Assembly: GCA_964016885.1 (NCBI GenBank)
Contig: OZ024757.1
Location: 9,610,001 to 9,674,000 of the forward strand
DNA: 64,000 bases
Reading direction: 5' to 3'
Origin: Eledone cirrhosa
Taxonomy: Eukaryota
The stretch's first letter is position 1; every line of letters begins with the position of its first letter. A program made the position numbers and the translations under genes. Positions 1 through 13,924 of this stretch are shown here, in pieces. Under the pieces are notes generated by a model. It was not told the DNA's origin. It worked only from the letters and a program-made list of their open reading frames with translations, and did not search any database.

Positions 1-734
1 TTTTTTTTTCTCGTGCAATGGCCATACTCGATAACGAGGGGCAGCCATCATATATGGGTATGTATGAGTGTGTATGTGTGTTTGCACGTATGTATGGTGT
101 GTATATATGTACATAGGGTTTTGGTATATGTACGTTTGGTGAACATGTGTATTTACCTGTAGGTATGTGAGTGTGCGTTATAAATGCAGTTTTGCGTGTT
201 TCTGTGTACGTGCATGTATATGCATGCATGCCGTGTGTTTTAGAATATAAACGTGTATCAATGTGTGTATGTATATATTTAAGATTCATGATTTCAATAA
301 CCTCTGTCATTTTCGTTCTACTAATTAATTTACATTATTCTGAACTCCGAAGCCGAGAAGCATTCAGTTTCCTAAATAATATATTAGTCTACGACTCCAT
401 TTATACCTTAAACGTGGTTTTGTCTTTGCGTGTAATTGTTCTCACCACTCCACATAACGAGGTATGATCTTCGCTTATTTCCGTTCATTGCAAGGGAACG
501 TCTTCACGAACCAAACTATCGTCTTCCTGTTTTCGAAATATTTACTTCTACGTTCACAGATTGATTTTTTTCAGTTTCAGATCCCGTTAAGGGTGAAAGC
601 AGCAATTCCTTATGTATGTGGGGTGGGGATTGGAGAGGTAGGTCAGAGGGGTTACTTCGCTGGTAAGGGGGTGGAGTGTTAAGAAGTGGGGAGGAGGAAA
701 ATTGGGACATACTTTAATGGGAATGCAGGTCTCC

Positions 735-1450
735 TGCAGTACTGTACAATGCCAGAGATTTCAATCCTGTGTCATCACCTTTGAAAGGTTCAATGGTGTC
801 AGGTCAGTTTTTACCTCCTCATCCCAAGCATTCATAGGTCTTCTTCCATCAATTTCAAGCGGTCAACCTTTTATACAGCATCTCTACCTTCATTCACATC
901 ACATGTCCATACCACAGCAATCTCCTCTCCAGCATACTGTATCTTATCCCTCTCATGCCCAGGTTCTCTCTCAATTTATTTACACTTTGCTCTTCATGTA
1001 TATTAATATTACACATCCATCGGAGAATTCAAGCTTCATTTCTATCCAATCTTCTGAGGTCCACACTGCAATGCAGCATTGCTGTTCATATGCACACATC
1101 AATTTCGTGAAACAACCTTTTGTAGCTAGCAGCAGTAGTAATAGTAGCACCCTAAACCTTTGCCATTTTGTTCTTACTCTGGTTTCTGTACTTTCATTAC
1201 ACCTACCTCCACTGCTAATTTGGTCACCCAGGTAACAGAAACTGTCAACTGTTTCTATGGAACCCTTTAAATATTTGATAGAATTTGTCTCCCAAAAGTG
1301 ATTGCTTCTTACTGCTCCAGTGCAATGACCCCATGTAAAACCTACTTTCTTAGCTAACTTACCTTGTATCCCACTCTTCTGTACCCATAGTCTCTTTAGT
1401 GTAAATAATGTTTGATACACATAACATGTATGTGTGACCATTGGTTTCTG
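735..1450 (-). mobile_element. RTE-clade LINE 3' remnant
   Basis: ORF 980..1495 contains IETVDSFCYLGDQISSGGRC..RVRTKWQRFR, the post-RT segment seen in other RTE copies here; decayed. Confidence 0.8.
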
Positions 1451-1659
1451 AGTCCACTTATGGCCACCACTGTTCATTAGGGGAGGCGCTTCCAAACAGA
1501 CCCTTCATTAGGTATGCTGACAAATATATCAAAAGGAAGTTCTTTCCTCCAACAATTTTCACCCAAAACAGAGGAGAGTTTCATTTTGTCAAAAAGGGAG
1601 GTAAATCTTTAGTGGTTGAATTGTCAGGCTTAATTATATGTAATTAGATACACATAGAA

Positions 1660-2325
1660 GTGGTTGATTGCTTTTACAATCTATGTGACTTAATTAGCAG
1701 TGGAGGAGGCTGCTCTGAAAGATGAATAGCTAGAATCAGGATAGGATGGAAAAAGTTTAGAGAGCTACTGCAACAGTTGACCACAAAAGGTTTCTCTCTC
1801 TGTACAAAAGGACGACTGTATGACACATGTGGGTGATGTGCAATGATGCATGGTAACGAAACAAGGGTGTGACTGCAGAGGATATGTAGACTGGAGAGAA
1901 ATGAAACAACCATGTTTTGTAGAATATGTTATGTAAGTGTAGGGGAAAGGCAGAGCTTGGACGAGTTCAGGAAATCCCAGTAGAAGGAAGCCATAGTAGA
2001 GGTAGACCAATAAAGACCTGGACAGAGTCTGTGTGAACTGACTTCAAATAACTGACTCTCAGAGAGGAGATGACAAAGGAACACGTCAAGTTGAAAGATG
2101 CCATGTTGAGAAGGACCTGTCCAACCCATGGAATCATGGGAAAACGGACATAAAAACAGTGATAATGTTGATGAAGATGACGTACATATACACACATACA
2201 TACACAAATAAATCAAATACAGATATGCACATACGTATATACACAGATACAAACATATATATGGACACAAATTTCTAGACATACATGCTAGCGTGGAAGA
2301 TAGACGTTAAACGATGATGATGATT
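1660..2325 (+). mobile_element. RTE-clade LINE 3' remnant with (ATG)n tail pieces
   Basis: DNA matches the ..SSGGGCSE..RIGWKKFRELL..KGFSL segment; tail motifs aacccatg..aaacggac and gacgttaaacgatgatgatg. Confidence 0.8.
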
Positions 2326-2426
2326 ATATAGCGTATGTAAATTCTGAACGATACAGTTTTGTCAGCAAAATTCTTGGTTACAACTTTTACAGATAAAATG
2401 AAAGGAGAATTTCTTAGTAAAACAGT

Positions 2427-2432
2427 TTTATT
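2427..2432 (-). promoter_or_regulatory. Candidate polyadenylation signal (AATAAA) of ZNF gene 1
   Basis: tttatt on the + strand, downstream of the ZNF array; supported by position only. Confidence 0.35.
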
Positions 2433-2519
2433 CAAAACATTTACAACATTGGTGGCACTATTTTAGGTGAGTGACATGGTTTTTATCTTGTCTGATTGTG
2501 TTTGTGTTGCATCAAGTAA

Positions 2520-2946
2520 ACCTTTACAAGAGAATGATTTACCACAGACATCACAGTGATATGGTTCCTCTGCTGTATGTGTTAGTGTGTAGGGAAGCCA
2601 CAACATTTAGGGAATGATTTACCACAGATATCACAGTGATATGGTTCATTTTCTGTAAATGTTAGTGCCGAATGAAGTGACTTATTTCAGAGAATGATTT
2701 CCCACAGATATCACAGTGATATAGTTCCTCTCCTGTATATGTTAGTGTCTAGTGAAGCCACACCATTTAGAGAATGATTTACCAAATATATCAAAGTGAA
2801 ATGTCTTCCCAGCTGTATGTATATGTTTATGTGTAGTTAATGTAACATTCAAAGAAATGATTTCCCTCTGATGTCAAAATGATATGTATTTGTATTCTCA
2901 TTAATTTACAAATTTGAAGGAATGATTTATCACTGATGTCAATGCG
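2520..2946 (-). repeat. Decayed zinc-finger units beyond the ZNF1 stop (80-bp period)
   Basis: The finger motif (a/g)gaatgattt recurs at 2531, 2611, 2691 and 2771, out of frame. Confidence 0.75.
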
Positions 2947-4802
<1,856 letters not shown>

Positions 4803-5127
4803 AATGTTTTTTTCTTGAACAGAATATACAAAATTTTTTTCTTGTAATATTTCTCATATTATATTCCTAAAAAGTATATCTTCTATATTTCCCTCAACTG
4901 TAATGTCAGTTAATATCTGAAGATAATACAAACTTATGTTTCATCCAAGTTTAGTTAAAATATAAAAATATCACATAGGGAGGAAAATAATAAGTAATTC
5001 AATGACAGATTTATATAAACAGCGTTATATAAGTTCTGTTTAGAAGGTTTTAGTCTTCAAATGATAAATTGAGGTGATGTGTATCCGAGATTGAAAATAA
5101 TAATTTATACCAATGTCATCTGATATT

Positions 5128-5145
5128 CTGAAATAAGAAAGAAAC
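5128..5145 (-). promoter_or_regulatory. Splice acceptor of the ZNF1 coding exon
   Basis: Minus strand reads gtttctttcttatttcag|aatatc, 325 nt upstream of the ATG. Confidence 0.55.
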
Positions 5146-5489
5146 AGTATGAGATAATACAGAATACTTAAGAAGCAGAGACAGATTTAACAGAGGAAAT
5201 TTTATATTTCTATATTGGTAAACTGTAGATATCAACTTTCCTGTCCAGAGTAATTCTCTCCAATGTAAGTAGTGTTATTCCAGCATCCTCTATAAATTTA
5301 ATCCTTGTATCACATCGGAGGTCTGCTCCAGGGCAGTTTAGTAAAAAATTCATTCTTATAGGACTTATAAGAAAGAAACAGTGTGAGATAATAGAGAATA
5401 CTTAAAATACAGAGATAGATTTAAAGTGAAAATTTTACACCAGTACCAAATTTCCCAGCGTCGATGACGTTACTTTTTCCCTATTATAC

Positions 5490-6390
5490 TAATATACACT
5501 ATATATACACTATATATGTTGTCCAAGGGAAAGACAATGGCTGATACAGCTTGGTAGCAGTGACATCACAACATATATATACACTATATATACAGTGTTT
5601 ACAATATATATTATACACTATATATGTTGTCCAATAGAAAGGCAATGGCTGATACAGCTTGGTACCAGTGACAACACAACATATATATACACTATATATA
5701 CACTGTGTACAATATATATATACACTATATATGTTGTCCAAGGGAAAGGCAATGGCTGACACAGCTTGACACAAGTGACATCACAACATATATATACACT
5801 ATATTATATATATACTGTTAGGCGGTGGATTGGCAGTATCGGTAGAGGGTCGGACGCCATGCTTTCCAGCATAGTTACATCCCTTTACGATCTGAGTTCA
5901 AATCCCGCCGAGGTTGACTTTGCCTGTCATCCTTACGGGGTCGATAAAATAAAGTACCAGTAATGCACTGGGTATTTGCTGGCCTTGTGCCTAAAGTAGA
6001 AACAATTATATATATACTGTAATGGCTGATACAGCTTGACACCAGTGACATCACAACATATATATACACTATATATATATATATATATACACTGTGTACA
6101 ATATATATTATACACTATATATGTTCTCCAAGGGAAAGGTAATGGCTGATACAGCTTGACACCAGTGACATCACAACATATATATACACTGTGTACAATA
6201 TATATTATACACTATATATGTTGTCCAAGGGAAAGGCAATGGCTGACACAGCTTGGCACCAGTGACATCACAACATATAAATACACACTGTGTACAATAT
6301 ATATTATACACTATATATGTTCTCCAAGGGAAAGGTAATGGCTGATACAGCTTGGCACCAGTGACATCACAACATATATATATATAATTT
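5490..6390. repeat. Compound ~100-110 bp tandem repeat (SINE fragment plus TA-rich spacer), interrupted by a SINE
   Basis: gttgtccaagggaaaggcaatggctgatacagcttggcaccagtgacatcacaac occurs about 7 times; the same segment leads into a SINE body at 9983-10170. Confidence 0.85.
5820..6008 (+). mobile_element. tRNA-derived SINE (family 1)
   Basis: A-box-like tggcagtatcgg, B-box gagttcaaatcc, body tcatccttacggggtcgataaaataaagtacc; near-identical copy at 18977. Confidence 0.85.
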
Positions 6391-6823
6391 ATATCCCAGA
6401 CTTCCATAGATTATTTCTATTCTACAGCTATCACTCTTCCCCAATTTCAAAATGTTCTGTTTACATTATTATTATTATCATTCACTTGTTTCCACAACGT
6501 ATATACTTCGACCTTGTTTTTGATATAAACCATGTTGGACGTTGTCTCTTTCTCTTCAAACTCATCCCTAACCCTCGCCATTACCTCCCCTTTCTCTCAC
6601 TCATTCATTTCGGTGTTTACGAAGCTAGGTGACCATCTTCAAAATTCTTGCATATTTGCCTTGTCCAATATGTCTACTTATATCTGCTCCCGAATCTCCT
6701 GTGATGATATATGTCATGATGGCTACCTATCTCACAATTTCCCTCTCGCCCACCCCCACTCACCACCATTGGCTATTCGACCCATCAAACCTCAGCAACA
6801 TGTGCTAACCCATTACCCACCCT

Positions 6824-7591
6824 AACAAACTCTGCCCTTACTACTACTGTCCTTCTAGCCCTAACCAGCCCCAAGAAACTCTGTCATTACTACTACTGTC
6901 TTTCTAGCCCTTACCAGCCCCAACAAACTCTGCCATCACTACTACTGTCCTTCTAGCCCTTACCAGCCCCAACAAACTCTGCCATTACGATTACTGTCCT
7001 TCCCCTTACCAGCCCCAACAAACTCTGTCATTACTACTACTGTCCATCTAGCCCTTACCAGCCCCAACAAACTCTGCCATTACTACTAGTCCTTCTAGAC
7101 CTTACCAGCCCCAACAAACTCTGCTATTATTACTACTGTCCTTCTAGCCCTTACCAGCCCCATCAAACTCTGCCATTACTACTACTGTCCTTCTTGCCCT
7201 TACCAGCCCCAACAAACTCTGCCATTACTACTACTGTCCTTCTAGACCTTACTAGCCCCAACAAACTCTGCCATTACTACTACTGTCCTTCTAGCCCTTA
7301 CCAGCCCCAACAAACTCTGCCATTACTACTACTGTCCTTCTAGCCCTTACTAGCCCCAACAAACTCTGCCATTACTACTACTGTCCTTCTAGCCCTTACC
7401 AGCCCCAACAAACTCTGCCATTACTACTACTGTCCTTCTAGCCCTTACCAGCCCCAACAAACTCTGCCATTACTACTACTGTCCTTCTAGCCCTTACCAG
7501 CCCCAACAAACTCTGCCATTACTACTACTGTCCTTCTAGCCTTTACTAGCCCCAACAAACTCTGCCATTACTACTACTGTCCTTCTAGCCC
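6824..7591. repeat. 49-bp minisatellite, ~15 copies
   Basis: Unit aacaaactctgccattactactactgtccttctagcccttaccagcccc. Confidence 0.95.
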
Positions 7592-7729
7592 TGCACCAAA
7601 GAATACTTGATTACTGTTATGTATGGAGGAGCGAAGGATAAATGGAACAACCCGAATAAATAAATGAATATGAATCCGCAAGTTACCAATCTCCCATGCG
7701 AAGCTTTAATTCAGAGACAGGAAGCATAC

Positions 7730-9322
7730 ACACTCCCCTGCAAAAATTCACCCTCTCCCACAAATGATGGCAAATGTCCCAAACTCTGAGTTTGAACCAT
7801 CAACATAAGCACAATGAAAGGAAGGGAAGGAGAAATTATAGACATGCTAGAGTGAAAGGATATTGACGTATGGTGTGTGCAAGAGACTAGATGGAGAGGA
7901 GAGTTCGCTAGAGTCCTTGTAGGCAAAAGTTAGTGCTATAAATTTTTCTAGGTGGGAAATGACAATGGGATGGGTGGTGTAGGTATACTATTAACTGAGA
8001 AATGGGTAGATAAGGTAATAACCACACATATTGTTAACCAGGTAATACTAGAGTGTGTCATACCAAAGGATTGGTGCAGCAGCATCATCGTCAACTGCTA
8101 CAAGGGTAAAGTAGATGCACTAGATAGAATAAACTATAGAGGTATAAAGCTGATGGACCAGGTCATGAAAGTAATGGAACGAGTCATAGCACAGTTGATC
8201 AGGGACTGGGTAAAACTAGATGAGATGCAGTTTCGGTTGTTGCAGGAAAAAGCACCTCTGATGCCCTCTTCCTTGTGAGGCAGTTACAGGAAAAGTACCT
8301 AGCTAAAAGCAAGCTGCTCTCCCTGGCTTTTGTCGATATGGAAAATGTCTTCAACAGAGTGCCCCGTGCTATAATCTGGTGGGCTCTTAGAAAACTAGGA
8401 GTAGATTAGTGGCTTGTGAAAGCTGTACAAGCCATGTATAGGCGACATGTCAGTAAAGTTAGGCTTAACAATTACTATAGCGAGGAATTTAGCATACAAG
8501 TCGGTGTCTACCAGGGCTCTGTTCTTAGCCTTCTCCTGTTTATAATAGTATTGCAGGCTATAACAGAGGAGTTTAAGACCTGATGCCCATAGGAACTCCT
8601 ATATGTGGATGATCTTACACTTATAGCTGAATCTATGGCAGAACTAAAGAAACAAGAACCACCAAACTCCGGAAGAGTTCTGTAGAAACAATAGACAGCT
8701 TTTGCTACCTAGGTGACCGAATAAGCAGCGGAGGTTGGTGTTCTGAAAGTACAGTAACCAGGGTAACAACGGGATTGAAGAAGTTCAGGGAGCTACTGCC
8801 ACTGCTAGCTGCAAAAGGCTTTTCCCTCAAATTGAAAGGCAGACAGTATGATGTGTGCATACGAACAGCAATGTTACATGGTAGTGAGACCTGGGCACTG
8901 TCTGTAGAAGACTTGCGTAGGTTAGAAAGAAATGAAACTTGCATGCTCCGATGGATGTGTAATAGTAATATACGCGAACAGCAAAGCATTAACAAATTGA
9001 GAGAGAGACTGAGCATAAGAGGGATCAAATGCTGTGTGCAGCAGAGGAGGTTGTGTTGTAGCCCCTGGGTACAAGCCGAAGCACATAGACAATATGCCCC
9101 CACCCCTCCCACTGTAAAGTGGCCGTGAAGGTGTCACAACAAAAAAGCACCCATCACTCACTGTGAGGTTGGTGTTAGGAAGGGCATCCAGCTGTAGAAA
9201 TCAAGCCAAAATCGGTTCCCATCTGAGCAAGACAAGGTCACCCGATCTGGCACTGCCCACAACAGGACAACCTGTCCAACCCATGCTACCGTGGAAGGGA
9301 CGTAAAATAGTTATGATGATAT
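7730..9322 (+). mobile_element. Internally deleted RTE LINE (APE start, RT, 3' tail)
   Basis: APE-start DNA (..DVWCVQETRW..GVGILL) joined to CYKGK..NYRGIKLMDQVMK and RT-core DNA, then MLHGSETW and tail ttaggaagggcatccagctgtagaaa. Confidence 0.9.
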
Positions 9323-9324
9323 AC

Positions 9325-9980
9325 ATATATATACATACAGTATATATACACTATATATACACTATATACAGTACATATACACTATATACAGTATATATAC
9401 ACTATATATGATGTCCAAGGGACAGGCTATGGCCAATACAGCTTGGCACCAGTGACATCACAACGTGTATATATACTATATATATTATACAGTATATATA
9501 CACTATATATATTATACAGTATATATACACTATATATATTATACAGTTTATATACACTATATATATTATACAGTATATATACACTATATATATTATACAG
9601 TATATATACACTATATATATTAGACAGTATATATACACTATATATATTAGACAGTATATATACACTATATATATTATACAGTATATATACACTATATATA
9701 TTATACAGTATATATACACTATATATATTATACAGTATATATACACTATATATATATTATACAGTATATATACACTATATATATTATACAGTATATATAC
9801 ACTATATATATATTATACAGTATATATACACTATATATATATTACACAGTATATATACACTATATATATTATACAGTATATATACACTATATATATATAT
9901 ATTATACAGTATATATACACTATATATATTATACAGTATATATACACTATATATATTATACAGTATATATGCACTATATA
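9325..9980. repeat. TA-rich 27-bp minisatellite
   Basis: Unit acactatatatattatacagtatatat, which gives the TLYILYSIY pseudo-ORF. Confidence 0.9.
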
Positions 9981-9982
9981 TA

Positions 9983-10172
9983 TGTCCAAGAGAAAGGTTA
10001 TGGCCGATACAGCTTGGCACCAGTAACATCACAACTCATTTCTACAGCTGAGTAAACTGGAGCAACGTGAAATAAAGTGTCTTGCTCAAGGATGCAACAC
10101 AACACCCTGTCCGAGAAACGAACTCACCACCTTTTAATTGTAAGCCCAATGCTCTAACCACTAAGCCATGAT
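9983..10172 (-). mobile_element. tRNA-derived SINE (family 2 head/core)
   Basis: Minus strand reads catggcttagtggttagagcattgg..gagttcg..tccttgagcaagacactttatttcac. Confidence 0.8.
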
Positions 10173-10419
10173 ACCTTCCAGAACTAACCGTGATATAGAG
10201 AGACCATAAAGACAACCGTTGTTTCCATAGTTTAAGCCTTAAAATACCTCTCATACATGCTTTAAGTACATATAAACTCATTAAAACACACTTTTGTATT
10301 TAAACACCAAAAACAGCCAGTAACGATCCTATAGAAACTACCACCAACTATCATACCACTAGTTACCAATGAGGACTATTGCCAGCCACGGTAGCCACTT
10401 GGTAATACACTGCACATCT

Positions 10420-10745
10420 CCCGTCAATCTATGAAGGGTTTGTCGCAAAACACAATCAGTAAAACAGTAATGGAATGAAAAATATAAACATTTGTTCATA
10501 ATTAAAGCCTTAAGATGTCCCTTCCTTACGATATACACTTTAATAACATTGAAATTTATTTAATAAGTTTAAATTTTAAACACTTTTTATTCAGACGTAC
10601 TGCGATAAGAAACTAGATATGTTCTAACGAATAATCCGCGATGTGGCGAGGATTACCGCGATAGGAAATTAGATACGTTCCAAAGAAATATCCGCGATGT
10701 AATGGGACCGCGAAAAGTGAACCGCGATATAGCGGGGGATTACTG
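10420..10745. mobile_element. One end of a pogo/Tigger-like (Tc1/mariner superfamily) DNA transposon
   Basis: Minus strand begins TA|CAGTAATCCCCCGCTATATCGCGG with repeated ccgcga motifs; the other TIR was not found and the left boundary is uncertain. Confidence 0.55.
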
Positions 10746-11148
10746 TATATATACACACACAACATACATCTATCTATATACACCCATAACATTTATTTTG
10801 ATTTTTGACATTAAAAATGTTGACTGAGGGTGTGACAACTGTTTCTTGTTTGAGGTTGTTCCAGTGGTTGAAATATAGACGGAGGTACTTAAATAATAAA
10901 GACAGTCATGATAACAATATATTTTATATCACATGTAACAGTGGAATCTGATGATTGAAAAATATCACATCAACATTTCAGTTTGGAAGTTTTTTTTCTA
11001 TCTATAAAAGTGGAAGAAGAAATATATTTTTCTAATGTTGTTATATATATTTTCACTTGTATATAATTACTGGGTCGTTGTAGGGTTCACATAATTATAT
11101 TATTTACACACGTTAACATAGACATTAAGTAAATCTTTGTCAACTTAC

Positions 11149-11347
11149 CTCCTTCACATATAATGAATGTGTTGAGTTGTTAGTTGTTACTAAACAACCA
11201 AAGAAATAATCTCTTTGTTATCAAATTAGAAGTTTCAATGTTATCAGCTTTATTTCACGACATTAACGTTGGTGTATCTTCTTCATCTTTAGTCATAAAT
11301 TGATATCTTTTCAGAATGAAGTAGTGAGGCTCACTTTATGTCTTTAG
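11149..11347 (-). other. Candidate non-coding (5' UTR) exon of ZNF gene 1
   Basis: Bounded by tttcctatcacatctgtag| and gag|gtaagt on the minus strand; non-repetitive sequence upstream of the 5128 acceptor. Confidence 0.4.
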
Positions 11348-11589
11348 CTACAGATGTGATAGGAAATATATATATATTAGGTTGATATGTGGTCTAAAAT
11401 ATATATATTGTCTATAAATGACTGATAGCAGATGTTCTGGTGAAATAGGAATTTTACTACTACAGATTGTAATGGAACTCTTAGTAGACACAATTGTAAA
11501 GTAAGAATAGATATGACAGTGTAAGACTGATGTCGGGGAGAGTAAATTGTGTATATATATATATATATAATTTAAAGATATTTTACTCA

Positions 11590-13195
11590 AAGCCTACGAC
11601 AGTAAAGAAGAACAGATAGAGACATTCAATGTAGAAGAGAACTGGGAGTTCCTAAAAAATAACTTACTAGAGGTGACGGATGAGATCTGTGGCTGGAGTA
11701 AGACCTCAAGCAGGAGGAGAGTGACTTGGTGGTGGAACAATAAGGTAGATGAGACAGTTAAGGCCAAGAGACAGCCATGGAAAGAATGGAAAAACGGGGG
11801 AAGCAGGGTACATTACATAGAGACCAAGAGGGAAGCTAGGCGACAAGTATACTTAGCTAGCAGGGAAGCAGAGGATAGGAAAATTCAAGCATGTTTTGCA
11901 ATGCGAGGACCAGAAACAGGAGGTGTTCAAGATTGCGAGGCAGTGTGTCAGAGAGAATTGTGATATCATTGGAGAGAAGTGTATCTGGATTGATAAAGCA
12001 GAGCTTGCCCTCACGAGTGCTGAGAAGAAAGATGCATGGAAGAGTCATTATGATAGATTACTAAATGAGGAGAATGCATGGGAAAAAGAGACCCTACCCC
12101 AAGTAGACCCTATAGAGGGGCCAACAGTACAAGTCAGCAGCAGCGTAGTAAGTAAGGCAATCAAAGATATGAAGATGGGGAAGGCAACCGGTCCATCGGG
12201 TATAGCTGCTGAGATGCTGAAGGCATCTGGGTCTGTAGGTCACACTATAACCACACGTTATTGTTAACCAGGTAATACTAGAAGGTGTCATACCAAAAGA
12301 TTGGTGCAGTAGCATCATTGTCAACTGCTACAAAGGTAAAGGTGATGCACTAGATAGAGGAAACTATAGAGGTATAAAGTTGATGGACCAGGTCATGAAA
12401 GTAACAGAAAGAGTTATAGCACAGTTGATTAGGAACCTCAAAATGAAAGGCAGACTGTATAATGCGTGTATCCGAACATCAATGTTGCATGGTAGTGAGA
12501 CCTGGGCACTGAAGATGGAAGACTTACGTAGATTAGAAAGAAACGAAGCCTGCATGCACCGATGGATGTGTAATAGTAATATATGCGAACGGCATAGCAT
12601 AAATGAATTGAGAGAGAGACTGAGCATAAGAGGAATCAAATGCTGTGTGCAGGAGAGGCGGTTGCGTTGGTATGGACATGTGATGCGTATGAAGGATGAC
12701 AGCTGCATAAAAAGGTGCAGAGCACTAGAAGTCAATGGAAACCGCGGAGTGGGGAGACCGATGAAGACCTGGGATGAGGTGATAAAAGCCGACCTTACAC
12801 AATTACACCTCTCAAAGGTGATGACCCACGACCGTGACCTCTGGCGTCACGCAGTAATACAGAGTACCCGACCTCCCATGGGTACAAGCTGAAGCATATA
12901 GACAATATGCCTCCACACCCACCCACTGCAAAGTGGTCGTGGAGGTGCCATGGCAAAAAAGCACTCAGCCCACACTGTAAATTGGACGTGTAGGCGCCAG
13001 GGAAAAAAGCACCCAGCACTCACTGTAAATGAGGTTGGTGTTAGGAAGGGCATCCAGCTGTAGAAATCAAGCCAAAATCAGTTCCTGTATGAGCAAGGCA
13101 TGGTCAGCTGACCAGACACTGCAGGTTGTCCACAACAGGACAACCCGTCTAACCCATGCTAGCATAGAAGAACGGACGTAAAACGGTGATGATGA
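11590..13195 (+). mobile_element. RTE LINE with RT core deleted
   Basis: RRRVTWWWNN, KATGPSGIAAEMLK, NYRGIKLMDQVMK joined directly near 12432 to KGRLYNACIR..GSETW..RLRWYGHV; tail present. Confidence 0.9.
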
Positions 13196-13559
13196 TATAT
13201 ATTTTGTTTTGCGAGGTTTTTGATATGAAATCGTGTGTCAAAACAAATATTGTTATACTTGGGGAGAGTCATATTGTTGTAATAATATTGCCAGAATTTA
13301 TAACAGAACACACTGTTTGGTTGGTTTTCGCTTCTGTATCTTTTATATCAGTTAATTTATTCAGTCCTGAAAGAATCGCTGCTTTCACCCTTCTTCAGAA
13401 GATCCCGTTAAGGGTGAAAGCAGTGATTCTTTGCTTAAACTTTAATCTGTTATTTTAATAAATATTTGCTCTACGGCTCTTATATATTCGATATATATTT
13501 ATCCTTATCGAGCCCTCTTTGGATTTTAGTCTTCAAATTTATTATTATTACTATATTAT

Positions 13560-13900
13560 ATCATCATCATCATCATCATTTTACGACCGCTTTTCCCTGC
13601 TTGCAAGGGTGGGACGGGAACTGATTCTGGCTTGATTTCTACAGCTGGATGCCCTTCCTAACACCAACCTCATTTACAGTGAGTGCTGGGTGCTTTCTTG
13701 CCGTGGCACCTCTTCGACCACTTTGCAGTGGAATGATATGGACCCCAGTCCCTATCATCTCATTTCTACAGCTGAGTAAACTAGAGCAATGTGAAATAAA
13801 GGGTCTTGCTCAAGGAAACAACACATCACCCGGTCTGAGAATTGAACTCACAACCTTTCGATTGCAAGGCCAATGCTCTAACCACTAATCCATGTGCCTC
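13560..13900 (-). mobile_element. tRNA-derived SINE (family 2) with RTE-derived tail
   Basis: Minus strand: ggaggcacatgg..gtggttagagc, gagttcaattc, core, then ttaggaagggcatccagctgtagaaatcaagcc and (ATG)n. Confidence 0.9.
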
Positions 13901-13924
13901 CATATATATATCTATACATATATG

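Noticed and set aside
5820-5910. Possible tRNA gene (A and B boxes)
   Set aside because: It continues into a SINE body found in several copies, and no cloverleaf is evident.
9402-10051. Tyr/Ile-rich ORFs
   Set aside because: They come from the TA-rich 27-bp minisatellite.
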